Assembly: GCA_027491395.1 (NCBI GenBank)
Contig: JAOZFI010000003.1
Span: 1-26,107, forward strand
Source of the DNA: Thermoproteota archaeon
Lineage (GTDB): Archaea > Korarchaeota > Korarchaeia > Korarchaeales > Korarchaeaceae
Length of the DNA stretch: 26,107 nt
Direction: 5' to 3'
Below are positions 15,262 to 24,816 of the stretch, piece after piece; positions within the stretch are counted from its first letter, which is position 1; each line of letters opens with the position of its first letter. The notes under the pieces are model-generated. The model did not search any database. It saw only the letters and a list, made by a program, of their open reading frames with translations, and had not been told where the DNA came from. The translations under genes were made by a program, and so were the position numbers.

Positions 15262-16815
15262 ATGAATGCTAAGACCTTGGCCCTCGCGGCCGTGGTCATA
15301 ATAGTGGTAGTGGCCGCGGCCGTCCTCCTATTGGTCCCCAAGCAGGCGCCCGTTGAGAAGCGTATCTTGAAGGTCGCCATGGGCACGGACATAGTCACCT
15401 TGGATCCCCATGATGTTCCCGATAATCCGAGCATTTACGTGATCGATAACATCTATGAGGGCTTGGTGGAGTACGATGACAAGCTCAATATAAAGCCAGT
15501 CTTGGCTGAAAGATGGGAGATAAGCCCCGATGGCAAGGTCTACACGTTCTATTTGAGGAAAGGGGTGAAGTTCCAGGACGGGACTCCCTTCAATGCGGAG
15601 GCCGTGAAAGCCAACTTCGACAGGCTGTTCAACAACAAGGAGCTGGCCAACAGGAACAGGCTCGTTCCCTTCATAGACAGGGTAGAGGTCGTGGATGAGT
15701 ACACTGTCAGGATAGTCCTGAAGGAGCCCGTGGCCACGTTTCTCAACCTGCTCTGCCATCCCGCGGGCATGATGATAAGTCCAAAGGCCATAAAGGAGGG
15801 CGTCGATCTCAAGCACAACCCTGTGGGGACTGGTCCCTACAAGCTCAAGGAGTGGAAACCCAACACCTATATAGAGCTGGAGCCTAACCCCAACTACTGG
15901 GGAGGCGCTCCTAAGCTCGCGGGTATAAAGTTCTTGGTCGTTCCTGAGGATGAGGCTAGGGTTCAGATGGTTGAGTCGGGTGATGCCGACGTAGCCATCA
16001 GGGTCCCAGCGATAGACGTGCAGAGGCTCAAGCAGAACCCGGATCTCAACGTTAACGTGACGAGAACGATAAGGATTGTCTACATAGGGGCTAATATGAA
16101 AAGTCCCAGGCTTCAGGACAAGAGGATGAGGCAGGCGATAAGCCTCGCCATAGACAGAGAAGCGATCGTGGAGAAGATCCTCCACGGCGTCGGCAGGCCG
16201 GCGAAGAGCGTCATAGCCGAGGAGTTGATAGGATTCTACGATACCGGCAAGCTGAAGTACGATCCCGAGAAGGCTAAACAGTTGATAAAGGAGGCTGGAG
16301 CTGAGGGGCTTGAGCTCAATCTCTGGACGCCTAAGGGGAGGTATCCCGGAGATTACGAGGCGGCTCAGGCAGTAGCACAGTACTTGAAGGCCATAGGCTT
16401 GAAGGTGAAGCTGAGGGTCTGGGAGTGGGGCAGCTACGTGGCTGAACTTCTCAAGAAGCCCGAGGACGCCAGCCCAGAGAGGGACCTCTTCCTCATAGGT
16501 TGGGCTCCCAGCACCGGCGAGTACATAGGGGTATTCAGGCCTCTCTTCCTCAGCGAGAGTATTCCCAAGTTCAACCTTTGGTTCTACAGCAATCCTAAGG
16601 TGGATGAGCTGATAAAGAAGGCCGAACACGCTCCTAGAGACAAGATAGTCGAGTATACCAAGCAGATACAGGAGATACTTCTGGACGACCTTCCTGCTAT
16701 CCCGATATACAATCCTGGGGACGTGGTAGTCTACAGGAAGGGGATAAAGTCCCTTTACTACATACCGACCGAGGTCATACTCACTAAGTACGCCTACTTC
16801 GGTTCGGGCGGCTGA
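15262..16815 (+). CDS. dppA: ABC transporter substrate-binding protein, family 5 (Dpp/Opp/Gsi-like)
   Basis: TLDPH, IYEGLV, LAERWEISPDGKVYTFYLRKGVKFQDGTPFNAEAV and PVGTGPY. N-terminal TM anchor. Confidence 0.93.
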   Translation: MNAKTLALAAVVIIVVVAAAVLLLVPKQAPVEKRILKVAMGTDIVTLDPHDVPDNPSIYVIDNIYEGLVEYDDKLNIKPVLAERWEISPDGKVYTFYLRKGVKFQDGTPFNAEAVKANFDRLFNNKELANRNRLVPFIDRVEVVDEYTVRIVLKEPVATFLNLLCHPAGMMISPKAIKEGVDLKHNPVGTGPYKLKEWKPNTYIELEPNPNYWGGAPKLAGIKFLVVPEDEARVQMVESGDADVAIRVPAIDVQRLKQNPDLNVNVTRTIRIVYIGANMKSPRLQDKRMRQAISLAIDREAIVEKILHGVGRPAKSVIAEELIGFYDTGKLKYDPEKAKQLIKEAGAEGLELNLWTPKGRYPGDYEAAQAVAQYLKAIGLKVKLRVWEWGSYVAELLKKPEDASPERDLFLIGWAPSTGEYIGVFRPLFLSESIPKFNLWFYSNPKVDELIKKAEHAPRDKIVEYTKQIQEILLDDLPAIPIYNPGDVVVYRKGIKSLYYIPTEVILTKYAYFGSGG

Positions 16816-16818
16816 CAC

Positions 16819-16849
16819 CTTTTTAACTAGCCCTTCCTCCCCTTTTTCC
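16819..16849 (+). terminator. Pyrimidine/T-rich tract after the binding-protein gene (partial terminator)
   Basis: CTTTTTAACTAGCCCTTCCTCCCCTTTTTCC between the SBP and permease genes. Confidence 0.4.
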
Positions 16850-16850
16850 A

Positions 16851-17780
16851 ATGTCCGACCTCGCCAGATACGTCGTTAGGAGGATCCTCCTGGCGATCCC
16901 CACTCTTCTAGGGGTCAGCGTCATAGTCTTCCTGATGATCCACATGCTTCCGGGGGATCCGGCTCAACTCCTAGCTCCTCCAGAGGCCACGATTCAGGAG
17001 GTAGAGATTATTAGAAGGAGGTTAGGCTTGGACAAGCCCCTGTGGGAGCAGTACCTGATATTCATGAGCAACGCCATGAAGGGTGAGTTTGGGAAATCCC
17101 TCTTCACGGGTCATACTGTGAGTGAGCTCCTCTGGCCCGCGTACCTGAACACCCTTACTCTCTCTGTTCTGGCCATGGGATTCGGCCTCGTCATAGGCGT
17201 GCTCATGGGTATATACGCGGCGCTGAGGCCGAACACCGTGAGGGATCAGGCCGTAACCTCCCTGTCCCTCTTCGGGATCTCCATGCCGGTTTTCTGGCTG
17301 GGCCTCATACTTATCGAGATATTTTCGGTCTGGCTGAGGATCCTGCCGAGTGGGGGAAGCGGGACCCCGAGACATCTTATCCTTCCATCCCTCACCTTGG
17401 GACTAGTGGGAGCCGCGTACGTTGGCAGGGCCACGAGGGCGAGCATGTTGGAGGTCCTCTCCCAAGAGTACGTGAGGACGGCAAAGGCCTACGGTCTCCC
17501 AGACAGGCTGGTGATCTACGTCTACGCCCTAAGGAATGCGCTTATCCCGGTGATCACAGTGGCCGGTCTCATATTCGGATACATGATGGCCGGGGCCGTC
17601 CTCACGGAGACCGTCTTCAGCTTCCCGGGGCTCGGTAGGCTCATAGTCAACGCCATCTTCGCTAGGGATTATCCCATAGTACAGGCCGGCATCCTGGTGG
17701 TCGCCACCACCTTCGTAGCAATAAACACGGCCGTGGACATCCTCTACGCCTTCATAAACCCGAGGATAAGGCTGGGGTGA
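16851..17780 (+). CDS. dppB: Peptide/nickel ABC transporter permease
   Basis: PGDPA, LGLDKPLWEQY, SMPVFWLG, EYVRTAKAYGL and ETVFSFPGLG. Confidence 0.93.
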   Translation: MSDLARYVVRRILLAIPTLLGVSVIVFLMIHMLPGDPAQLLAPPEATIQEVEIIRRRLGLDKPLWEQYLIFMSNAMKGEFGKSLFTGHTVSELLWPAYLNTLTLSVLAMGFGLVIGVLMGIYAALRPNTVRDQAVTSLSLFGISMPVFWLGLILIEIFSVWLRILPSGGSGTPRHLILPSLTLGLVGAAYVGRATRASMLEVLSQEYVRTAKAYGLPDRLVIYVYALRNALIPVITVAGLIFGYMMAGAVLTETVFSFPGLGRLIVNAIFARDYPIVQAGILVVATTFVAINTAVDILYAFINPRIRLG

Positions 17781-17784
17781 TCTC

Positions 17785-18642
17785 ATGCTGAGACTGGAGC
17801 TGGATCCGGCTACGAGGAGGACCCTGCGAAGGGCCACTAAGAACAGGAACATCAGGGTGGGTGGAGCGATCGTCGCCATCTTCGTCCTCATGGGCCTCCT
17901 CGCTCCCTTTATCTCTCCCTACGATCCGACGCAAGGCAATCTGAGGGACAGCCTACTTCCTCCCTGTCGCAAATATCCCTTCGGGACGGACTTCGCCGGT
18001 AGGGACATCCTCAGCAGAGTGATATGGGGTGCTAGGACGTCCCTGATCGTGTCCACGGTGAGCGTCTTCATAGCCGTGATCGCAGGAGTGATCGTGGGCG
18101 GCCTCTCCGCCTATGTCGGTGGTTGGCTGGACGAGGTGGTCACTAGAATAATGGATATTATGCTCTCCTTTCCAGATATCCTGCTGGCCCTGTTCGTCGC
18201 CGCCATCGTGGGTCCGGGCCTCGAGAACGTGATCGTTGCCGTGGCTCTCTACAATTTCCCCCAGTTCGTGAGGATAATGAGGGGGTCGGCCCTCCAAGTG
18301 AAGGAGATGGAGTACGTGGAGGCTGCCAAGGCTATAGGAGAGAGCAACGCATCTATATTTGTGAGATATCTCCTCCCGAACTCCCTCGCACCGATAGTGG
18401 TGCACGCCACCCTTAGGACGGCCGCTTCTATACTGACAGCCGCTGGCCTCAGCTTCCTCGGGCTCGGAGTTCAGCCCCCCATACCTGAGTGGGGCCAGAT
18501 GATGAGCGATGCTAGGACGTACCTAGTTACGGCGCCCCACGTATGGGTCTTCCCCGGCATAGCTCTCTTCGTCACAGTACTTGGCTTCAACCTGCTTGGG
18601 GACGGTCTAAACGATGTCCTCAATCCTAGGACGGAGGTGTGA
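17785..18642 (+). CDS. dppC: Peptide/nickel ABC transporter permease
   Basis: FGTDFAGRDILSR, EYVEAAKAIG, LSFLGLG and FNLLGDGL. Confidence 0.93.
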   Translation: MLRLELDPATRRTLRRATKNRNIRVGGAIVAIFVLMGLLAPFISPYDPTQGNLRDSLLPPCRKYPFGTDFAGRDILSRVIWGARTSLIVSTVSVFIAVIAGVIVGGLSAYVGGWLDEVVTRIMDIMLSFPDILLALFVAAIVGPGLENVIVAVALYNFPQFVRIMRGSALQVKEMEYVEAAKAIGESNASIFVRYLLPNSLAPIVVHATLRTAASILTAAGLSFLGLGVQPPIPEWGQMMSDARTYLVTAPHVWVFPGIALFVTVLGFNLLGDGLNDVLNPRTEV

Positions 18643-19592
18643 CTTTGCTGCTGAAAGTGAGCGATCTTAGGGTGAGCTATAGGACGGACGAAGGCATCGT
18701 GAGGGCGGTTGAGGGGGTGTCCTTCACCCTAGAGAGGAGGAAAACGCTGGCCGTGGTGGGGGAGTCCGGAAGCGGCAAGTCCACCCTAGCCTTGGCCATC
18801 ATAGGCCTCCTCCCTAGGAGCGTCGAGGTGGAGGGGAGCATCCGCTTCTTGGACATGGAGCTGACGGGGATGAAAGAGGAGGAGATCCGCAAGCTGAGAG
18901 GTGATAGGATCACCATCGTCTTCCAGGAGCCCATGACCGCTCTCAACCCCGTGTTCACCGTCGGGAGGTTCATGAAGGACATTTACCTCACCCACAGGGA
19001 GGGTAGCGAGGAGGATGCCCTATCCCTGGCCATGGAGTGGCTGGGCAAAGTCAAGGTCCCGGGGCCGGAAAAGGTCCTGAACAGTTATCCGCATGAGCTC
19101 AGCGGAGGAATGAGGCAGAGGGTCCTGATAGCCGCCTCTCTCATGTTGGAACCCGACTTGGTGCTGATGGACGAACCTACCTCCGCGCTGGACGTCAGCG
19201 TCCAAGCCCAGATACTCAGGCTCATAGCAGAGTTGAAGAGTCAGGTGAGCGCCTCTTTCATCTTCATAACCCACAACTTGGGAGTGGCCGCGGCCGTGGG
19301 GGATGAGATAGCGGTGATGTACGCCGGTAAGCTCGTGGAACTGGCGAGCAAGAGGAACCTATTCGAAGAGCCGCTTCACCCATATACTAAGGGCCTGATG
19401 AAGGCGGTTCCTAGGATCAGGGGAGGAGGGGTGGAGCCCATACCTGGATCAGTGCCTAGCTTGGTGAACCCCCCAAAAGGGTGCAGGTTCCATCCGCGCT
19501 GTCCCATAGCTGACGAGAGGTGCAGGGAAGAGGAGCCGGAGCTGAGGGAGATAAGGCCCGGGCACTGGGTGGCCTGTCACAAGGTGGGGTGA
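18639..19592 (+). CDS. dppD: Peptide ABC transporter ATP-binding protein
   Basis: GESGSGKS, YPHELSGGMRQR, DEPTSALD and C-terminal GCRFHPRC. Confidence 0.93.
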   Translation: MTLLLKVSDLRVSYRTDEGIVRAVEGVSFTLERRKTLAVVGESGSGKSTLALAIIGLLPRSVEVEGSIRFLDMELTGMKEEEIRKLRGDRITIVFQEPMTALNPVFTVGRFMKDIYLTHREGSEEDALSLAMEWLGKVKVPGPEKVLNSYPHELSGGMRQRVLIAASLMLEPDLVLMDEPTSALDVSVQAQILRLIAELKSQVSASFIFITHNLGVAAAVGDEIAVMYAGKLVELASKRNLFEEPLHPYTKGLMKAVPRIRGGGVEPIPGSVPSLVNPPKGCRFHPRCPIADERCREEEPELREIRPGHWVACHKVG

Positions 19593-20542
19593 GGATCATG
19601 CTCTTGGTGGTGAAGGATCTAGTGAAACATTACGTCTCCGGCGGTTTTCTGAGTAAGAAGGAGGTCGTGAGGGCAGTTGAGGGAGTGTCCTTCACATTGG
19701 ATCGGGGGGAAACGCTGGGGCTGGTGGGCGAGTCCGGCAGCGGGAAGACCACCGTGGGTAAGACGGTCCTCCGACTTGTAGAGCCTACGTCCGGCCGCAT
19801 ACTGTTCGAGGACAGGGACATAACCTCGATCAGGGACATGAGGCCCCTCAGGAAGGAGATGCAGATAGTCTATCAGGATCCCATGTCCAGCATGAACCCG
19901 AGGATGAGGATAGCCGATATAGTCGGAAGACCTCTCCAGATCCATGGGCTGGTCTCCAGTAGGAGAGAGAGGGATGACAGGGTAAGGGAGCTGCTCGAGA
20001 GGGTTGGGTTGAGTAGGGAGCACCTTTACAGGTACCCTCATGAGTTCTCCGGTGGTCAGAGGCAGAGGATAGCCATAGCCAGGGCTCTGGCCTCAGAGCC
20101 AAAGTTCGTGGTGCTGGATGAGCCCACCTCCGCGCTGGACGTCAGCGTCCAAGCCCAGATTCTGAGGTTGCTCAAGTCCCTCCAAGAGGAGAGGGGGCTA
20201 GCCTATCTCTTCATAAGCCACGATCTGGCAGTGGTCAGGAACATTAGCCACAGGGTAGCGGTGATGTACGCCGGGAAGCTCGTGGAGCTGGCGAGCGTTG
20301 AGGAAATCTTTGGAGAGCCGCTTCACCCATATACTAATGGCCTGCTGGCCAGCGTGCTCGAGCCCTCCCCCGAGGCAAGCGCTCCAGAGGAGGTACTGCC
20401 CGGGGAGCCGCCCGATCCGAGGAAGCCCCCAAGAGGGTGCAGGTTCCATCCGCGCTGTCCCATAGCTGACGAGAGGTGCAGGGAAGAGGAGCCGGAGCTG
20501 AGGGAGATAAGGCCCGGGCACTGGGTGGCCTGTCACAAGGTG
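19478..20542 (+). repeat. 109-bp identical direct repeat shared by the dppD and dppF 3' ends
   Basis: 19478-19586 equals 20434-20542. Also 35 bp identical at 19179-19213 and 20126-20160. Confidence 0.9.
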
Positions 20543-20545
20543 TGA
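19598..20545 (+). CDS. dppF: Peptide ABC transporter ATP-binding protein
   Basis: GESGSGKT, YPHEFSGGQRQR and DEPTSALD. Start moved to ATG 19598 after GGGGTGAGG. Confidence 0.93.
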   Translation: MLLVVKDLVKHYVSGGFLSKKEVVRAVEGVSFTLDRGETLGLVGESGSGKTTVGKTVLRLVEPTSGRILFEDRDITSIRDMRPLRKEMQIVYQDPMSSMNPRMRIADIVGRPLQIHGLVSSRRERDDRVRELLERVGLSREHLYRYPHEFSGGQRQRIAIARALASEPKFVVLDEPTSALDVSVQAQILRLLKSLQEERGLAYLFISHDLAVVRNISHRVAVMYAGKLVELASVEEIFGEPLHPYTNGLLASVLEPSPEASAPEEVLPGEPPDPRKPPRGCRFHPRCPIADERCREEEPELREIRPGHWVACHKV

Positions 20546-20592
20546 GGCCACCGCATCCATTTTTAGTGATAGGGACGCTTTAACATGATCCT

Positions 20593-21255
20593 ATGACGAC
20601 GGCTGGAGTGGACGAAGCTGGCAGGGGCCCGGTGATAGGCCCCATGGTGATCGCCGGGGTGGTTCTGGGAGCTAGGGCAGCGAAGGAACTAAGGAAGAGG
20701 GGGGTAAAGGACTCCAAGCTGCTCCCCCCAGCGGAGAGGGAACGACTGGAGCCCCTCATAAAGGAGATGGCTGAGGCCTACGCTATCAAGGTGGTAGAGC
20801 CCCGCAGAATCGATGAGGTCGTCTCTAGGAAAGGGCTCAACCTGCTGGAGGCGGAGGTGATGGCCGACATAGTCAGGGAGCTGGGACCCAGCCTCGTGAT
20901 CGTAGATGCCCCGGGGAGGAACACTTCTAAGTTCAAGGAGGCGATGAGATCGAGACTCGGTGGGCTATCCGTTAGGATAAGGGCGGAGAACAGGGCAGAC
21001 AGAAGGTTCGTCCACGTGGCGGCCGCCTCCATACTTGCTAAGGTCGAGAGGGACAGGCGAATCGCTGAGCTCAGGGAGAGAGCTGGCTACGACTTCGGGT
21101 CAGGATATCCGGGGGATCAGAAGACGAAGGAGTTTCTATTAAAAGTCCTCGGCGGTTACCCGTTCCCCAAGGATCAGATAAGGTGGAAATGGGCAACCAT
21201 GCAGAACCTGCTGGACGAGAGAAGGAGGACGAGCCTGACGGATTTTTTGGAGTGA
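20593..21255 (+). CDS. rnhB: Ribonuclease HII
   Basis: GVDEAGRGPVIGP, DSK, VAAASILAKVERD, GSGYP and C-terminal PIP-like TSLTDF. Confidence 0.96.
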   Translation: MTTAGVDEAGRGPVIGPMVIAGVVLGARAAKELRKRGVKDSKLLPPAERERLEPLIKEMAEAYAIKVVEPRRIDEVVSRKGLNLLEAEVMADIVRELGPSLVIVDAPGRNTSKFKEAMRSRLGGLSVRIRAENRADRRFVHVAAASILAKVERDRRIAELRERAGYDFGSGYPGDQKTKEFLLKVLGGYPFPKDQIRWKWATMQNLLDERRRTSLTDFLE

Positions 21256-21291
21256 CAAATTCGAAACCGCAACCTCTCGCTCTGCGGTAAT

Positions 21292-21513
21292 TCATGATGA
21301 TATGGTAAAGGAACTCTGCCTCATCCTGATGTACCCACCCTTATCAATGCCTATGACATTCCCGCAGGTGCACTTGACGACATCACCCTCACGTACACTT
21401 TGATCCTCGATTATCCTTCCTTTCCAGCACCTCCAAAGCCTCCCCTTTCCCATCTTCTGGTATTTAAACACCTTTCTGCCGCACTTAACGCACTTTATTG
21501 TTATGATCCCCAT
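21292..21513 (-). CDS. Small zinc-binding protein
   Basis: CVKC ... RCW ... CTCG in a 73-aa basic ORF. Confidence 0.7.
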   Translation of the reverse strand: MGIITIKCVKCGRKVFKYQKMGKGRLWRCWKGRIIEDQSVREGDVVKCTCGNVIGIDKGGYIRMRQSSFTISS

Positions 21514-21739
21514 CTCGCGTCCTCGACACCAACTAGGGCTTCAATATCAAGATATCCGTAGAGAGGCGTATTAACGAGGTAGTGCCTGTTCACTGCTCGT
21601 GATAAACGAATACCCTGCGCCGCACGGTTGAGCAAGAAGCATGTCTATCTTGAAGTTCCCCAAGGAGGCCCCGCTAACCATGGTATCTCTAAGGGCTAGT
21701 GCTCACTCGAATATTCTGCCTCTCACCAGCTTTCCAGTA

Positions 21740-22204
21740 TCAGGGCCTTACCTCCAGTCCCGGGACTCTCCTGAAATCGTGGTCGAAGGTATAGACTGGC
21801 ACGCGGAGCCTCAGGGCGACAGCCGCGAGGAGGGCGTCCGAGGTGAGCAGACCGTATTTGCAGATCTCCACTGACCTCTCCCAATCTCCCAAAGTAACTT
21901 CCTCTATTATCAGACTTCTTAGAGATGAGATATAGTCTCTGAAGGTCTCTAATGCCTCCAAACATGATTTTCTGAACTCTTTATCCTTAGCGAATCTCTT
22001 CTTGAAGCCCCAGAAGCTGGTCTCCCCCAACTCGCCACCCTTAGCTAGCAACAGTTTGAAGGACACCTCCTCGAGGACATGAGTAGTGGTATAAGCCCTT
22101 AAGGCCCCTTTCTCGACTGAGCCGAGGAGAACCTCGGCTTCATCGTCCCTATCACCGTCAAGCAGCAGATGAAGAGATACTGATGAGTCGATGAGGGCGC
22201 TCAT
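21740..22204 (-). CDS. vapC: VapC/PIN domain toxin
   Basis: LIDSS, VLEEV, YGLLTSDA and TFDHDF; all four acidic positions are present. Confidence 0.88.
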   Translation of the reverse strand: MSALIDSSVSLHLLLDGDRDDEAEVLLGSVEKGALRAYTTTHVLEEVSFKLLLAKGGELGETSFWGFKKRFAKDKEFRKSCLEALETFRDYISSLRSLIIEEVTLGDWERSVEICKYGLLTSDALLAAVALRLRVPVYTFDHDFRRVPGLEVRP

Positions 22205-22421
22205 CTGCCCACCTGATATATCTCCTCCAACTCCTCTAGGCTCAGCTTGGATCTGATCAATCCCCTGATCTGCTTCGTCTTCAGATCGTCCTTTCTCGTC
22301 CTTAAGAAGTGTTTGAGGGCCATTCTGACCAGTTCAGCCCTGCTAACACCCAAAGACTTATCCTGTCAAGTTCCTCAGCCAAGGATTTATCCAGCCTCAC
22401 GAGCACCTGCGATGACATCAT
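22201..22421 (-). pseudogene. vapB: CopG/RHH antitoxin with a frameshift near 22360
   Basis: MMSSQVLVRLDKSLAEELDRI(fs)KSLGVSRAELVRMALKHFL...LSLEELEEIYQVGR*. Length is 221 nt (not a multiple of 3). ATGA overlap with vapC. Confidence 0.8.
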
Positions 22422-22425
22422 GAAT

Positions 22426-22441
22426 TGATATCATGATATCA
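22426..22441. promoter_or_regulatory. Perfect 16-bp palindrome TGATATCATGATATCA (probable RHH operator)
   Basis: Two tandem TGATATCA units directly upstream of the antitoxin start, plus TGACATCA at 22413-22420. Confidence 0.65.
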
Positions 22442-22468
22442 ATAAATAGATACTACCGGGGACCAGCA

Positions 22469-23824
22469 TCAGGGCCGCCTGACATCCAGTATATCCAGCC
22501 TTGCGTCCACCACATCGTAGTACAAGTTTCCACCGTCCCACTCGGCCTCGCCCCTTTGACTATCAACGGGATCAGACCTGAAGTGCTCCTTGGGCGGGTC
22601 GAAGGGGTAGTTCACCTCGGAGTTGAACGCTAGCCTGTAGCCCTCTATTCCACCGAAGTAGAAGTCCCTTCTCCACTCCTCCCTCTCTCTGGGATGACCG
22701 AAGCTGGGATCCACGTAAATCCAGCCGAGGGGTTCAATGTAGAGCTGGGCCCAGTCGTGCATTCCCCACCTAACTGGGTTCGCGTACCACCCCGACTGCC
22801 ACCTCGCGGGGATTCCAGCTATTCGGAGCATCGTTATCAGGAGGATCGCCTGAACTCCGCAGTCTCCCCTCCTCCTCTGAAAGGCGAACCTGCTTATGTC
22901 GTCGAAGAGAGCGTAGTCGTGGACGTAAGTGTAGGTGGTGTTGTCGATAATCCAGTCCCAGATCCTCCTCGCCTTCCCGAGAGGATGATCGATATCAGCT
23001 ATCAGAGAGTTGACCAGCTCCCTCAACTCCTCGAAGAAGGTGATGTGGGGTACCCTCTCCTCCAAATGGTGGGGTTGAGGTTCCCCGTCCAGCTCATTTA
23101 TCTCTTTTGAATCGGGTGCCCGGGGTACCACCTCGACCTCGTACTCCAAAAAGACCTTGGCCCCATCTTCAGAGTTGGTCACCTCGAAGTAGGCCGTCCG
23201 CTGAGGGTAGTCCTCGCTGGAAATGTAGGGCTCACCGCTGTGGGACAGCACCCTTACCCTCGGGTGGAGGGAGCTTACCCTAGGTAAGGGGAGCCATATC
23301 CTCACCCTCTCGCTCTTAGGGACAGAATCTCCATTGACATGTAATTCCGCCCTCACTCTGAAGATCAGCGGAATGGCTTCCCCCTTTAACACCTCCATTG
23401 CCCTCTTCCCCAACGCCTCTCTGGCTTTCGCCCTGACGCCGTTCTCCTCCTTATATCTCCCCTTAAGCTCGGGACAGAGCCAGACCATGTTGGGGAGGAA
23501 CCTCTCGAAGATCCTGATCTCGCCATCCAGCCTTATGTAATCGACGCATCCTGACGAGAGCAGACGCCTGAACTCTCCACGAGTCAGTCCTTCGACCCTC
23601 TCGGCCGCTACCTTGAAGGCCCTCTCCTCACCGTATGGGTATTGGAGTGGCCACCTCCTCAACCTGTCCATCTCGAACTCCAACCTCTTTCTGTAGTTTC
23701 CTTCAGCAGATTTGAGTAGTTCCTCTATTCTCAGTTTTGCTTCCGAGTGTCTTCCCTCCCTTATCAGGTCCTCCAGATCATCAAGCAGCCTGTGGATCAT
23801 GAAGTCTAGGACATTGTCCTTCAT
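22469..23824 (-). CDS. Transglutaminase-like (Cys-His-Asp) domain protein
   Basis: RGDCGVQA, RIAGIPARW, HDWAQLY and WIYVDPS. Start at ATG 23824 overlaps the NUDIX stop. Confidence 0.88.
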   Translation of the reverse strand: MKDNVLDFMIHRLLDDLEDLIREGRHSEAKLRIEELLKSAEGNYRKRLEFEMDRLRRWPLQYPYGEERAFKVAAERVEGLTRGEFRRLLSSGCVDYIRLDGEIRIFERFLPNMVWLCPELKGRYKEENGVRAKAREALGKRAMEVLKGEAIPLIFRVRAELHVNGDSVPKSERVRIWLPLPRVSSLHPRVRVLSHSGEPYISSEDYPQRTAYFEVTNSEDGAKVFLEYEVEVVPRAPDSKEINELDGEPQPHHLEERVPHITFFEELRELVNSLIADIDHPLGKARRIWDWIIDNTTYTYVHDYALFDDISRFAFQRRRGDCGVQAILLITMLRIAGIPARWQSGWYANPVRWGMHDWAQLYIEPLGWIYVDPSFGHPREREEWRRDFYFGGIEGYRLAFNSEVNYPFDPPKEHFRSDPVDSQRGEAEWDGGNLYYDVVDARLDILDVRRP

Positions 23825-24351
23825 CCCCTCATCCCCCAGTACCACAGGAGGGCAGCCACAGTCTTCACATCAGAGATCTCATTGCTCCTGACCATATCGA
23901 CGGCCTTGCCTATGGGGAGCTCGTGGACCTCTATCCTCTCCGAAGGTTCAGGGTGCATCTCCCCCTTCGAGAGGTCCGTGGCTAGGAAGAAGTGCATCTT
24001 CTCCGTCCCATAACCCGGAACCAAGTAGGCCTCGAACATCTTCTTTAGTTTACCAGCCTTCAAGCCGGTCTCCTCCTCCAGCTCCCTGACAGCGCACTCC
24101 TCGGGTGACTCTCCTTCCTCGAGGGTGCCTGCGGGTATCTCCCATATGTAGTCGTCCAGAGGATAGCGGTACTGTCTTATCAGGAAGACCCTTTCCCCAT
24201 CTACAGGGAGGATGGATACCGAGCCTCGGTGCCTCACCACCTCACGAATCTTACCATCGACCTCCCTCACCTCTAGGGTGACTACCCTTCCCCTGTACAG
24301 GAGCTTCAACTCACCGTTAGTTGAAGGCATAGGCGTCTCTAATATCGACAT
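23821..24351 (-). CDS. nudF: NUDIX hydrolase (ADP-ribose pyrophosphatase-like)
   Basis: Nudix box GTLEEGESPEECAVRELEEETGL, plus REVVRH, QYRYP and ISDVKT. Confidence 0.9.
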   Translation of the reverse strand: MSILETPMPSTNGELKLLYRGRVVTLEVREVDGKIREVVRHRGSVSILPVDGERVFLIRQYRYPLDDYIWEIPAGTLEEGESPEECAVRELEEETGLKAGKLKKMFEAYLVPGYGTEKMHFFLATDLSKGEMHPEPSERIEVHELPIGKAVDMVRSNEISDVKTVAALLWYWGMRG

Positions 24352-24553
24352 CCCCCCTACCTTATATCGCTACCGATCCTACTGACCGCATAAGACTCAC
24401 TCCGACCCGAATCATCGATCAACCAATCACATGATAGCCTCTCTAGCCTCACTGACAGCTTTTAGTCACTTTAGGAGGAGCTAGGTTGGTGCGCAGGCAT
24501 TCCCCGATACACCTTTACCTAGCTAGATAGGATAGGTATGCTTGATGGTGCAC

Positions 24554-24816
24554 ATGTCGAGGGTCGTCAGTGTAAGGGTGAGCCAGAGGATCTTAGCCAT
24601 AGCTGAGAAGATGGTCAGGTTAGGGCTGGCCAAGAGCAGGAACGAGGCCCTGAATATCCTCTTGGGGAGGGGGCTAAAGAGATACTCCTTGAGATTCGCA
24701 GGTCCTTAGGGATCGAAGAAAAAGTCAAAGAGTACGAGAAAGAGGGTGGAATAGATCTAGGCCCGGTCGATCTGGCCGAGCTCGTGAGGAGGGAGAGGAG
24801 CAGGTGGACTACCTAG
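24554..24816 (+). pseudogene. vapB: RHH-type VapB antitoxin with a frameshift near 24678
   Basis: MSRVVSVRVSQRILAIAEKMVRLGLAKSRNEALNILLGRGLK(fs)EILLEIRRSLGIEEKVKEYEKEGG...VRRERSRWTT*. Overlaps the vapC start. Confidence 0.75.

Noticed and set aside
15328-16851. 507-aa antisense ORF
   Set aside because: Shadow of the clearly recognisable substrate-binding protein. It has no motifs, and codon bias explains the lack of stops.
19520-19597. N-terminal extension of dppF in the ORF track
   Set aside because: It overlaps the dppD C-terminus. ATG 19598 has a good SD and matches the family start.
21630-21727. Minus-strand peptide RIFE*AL...SLGNFKIDMLL faintly like an SfsA nuclease
   Set aside because: Too short and interrupted to support a call.
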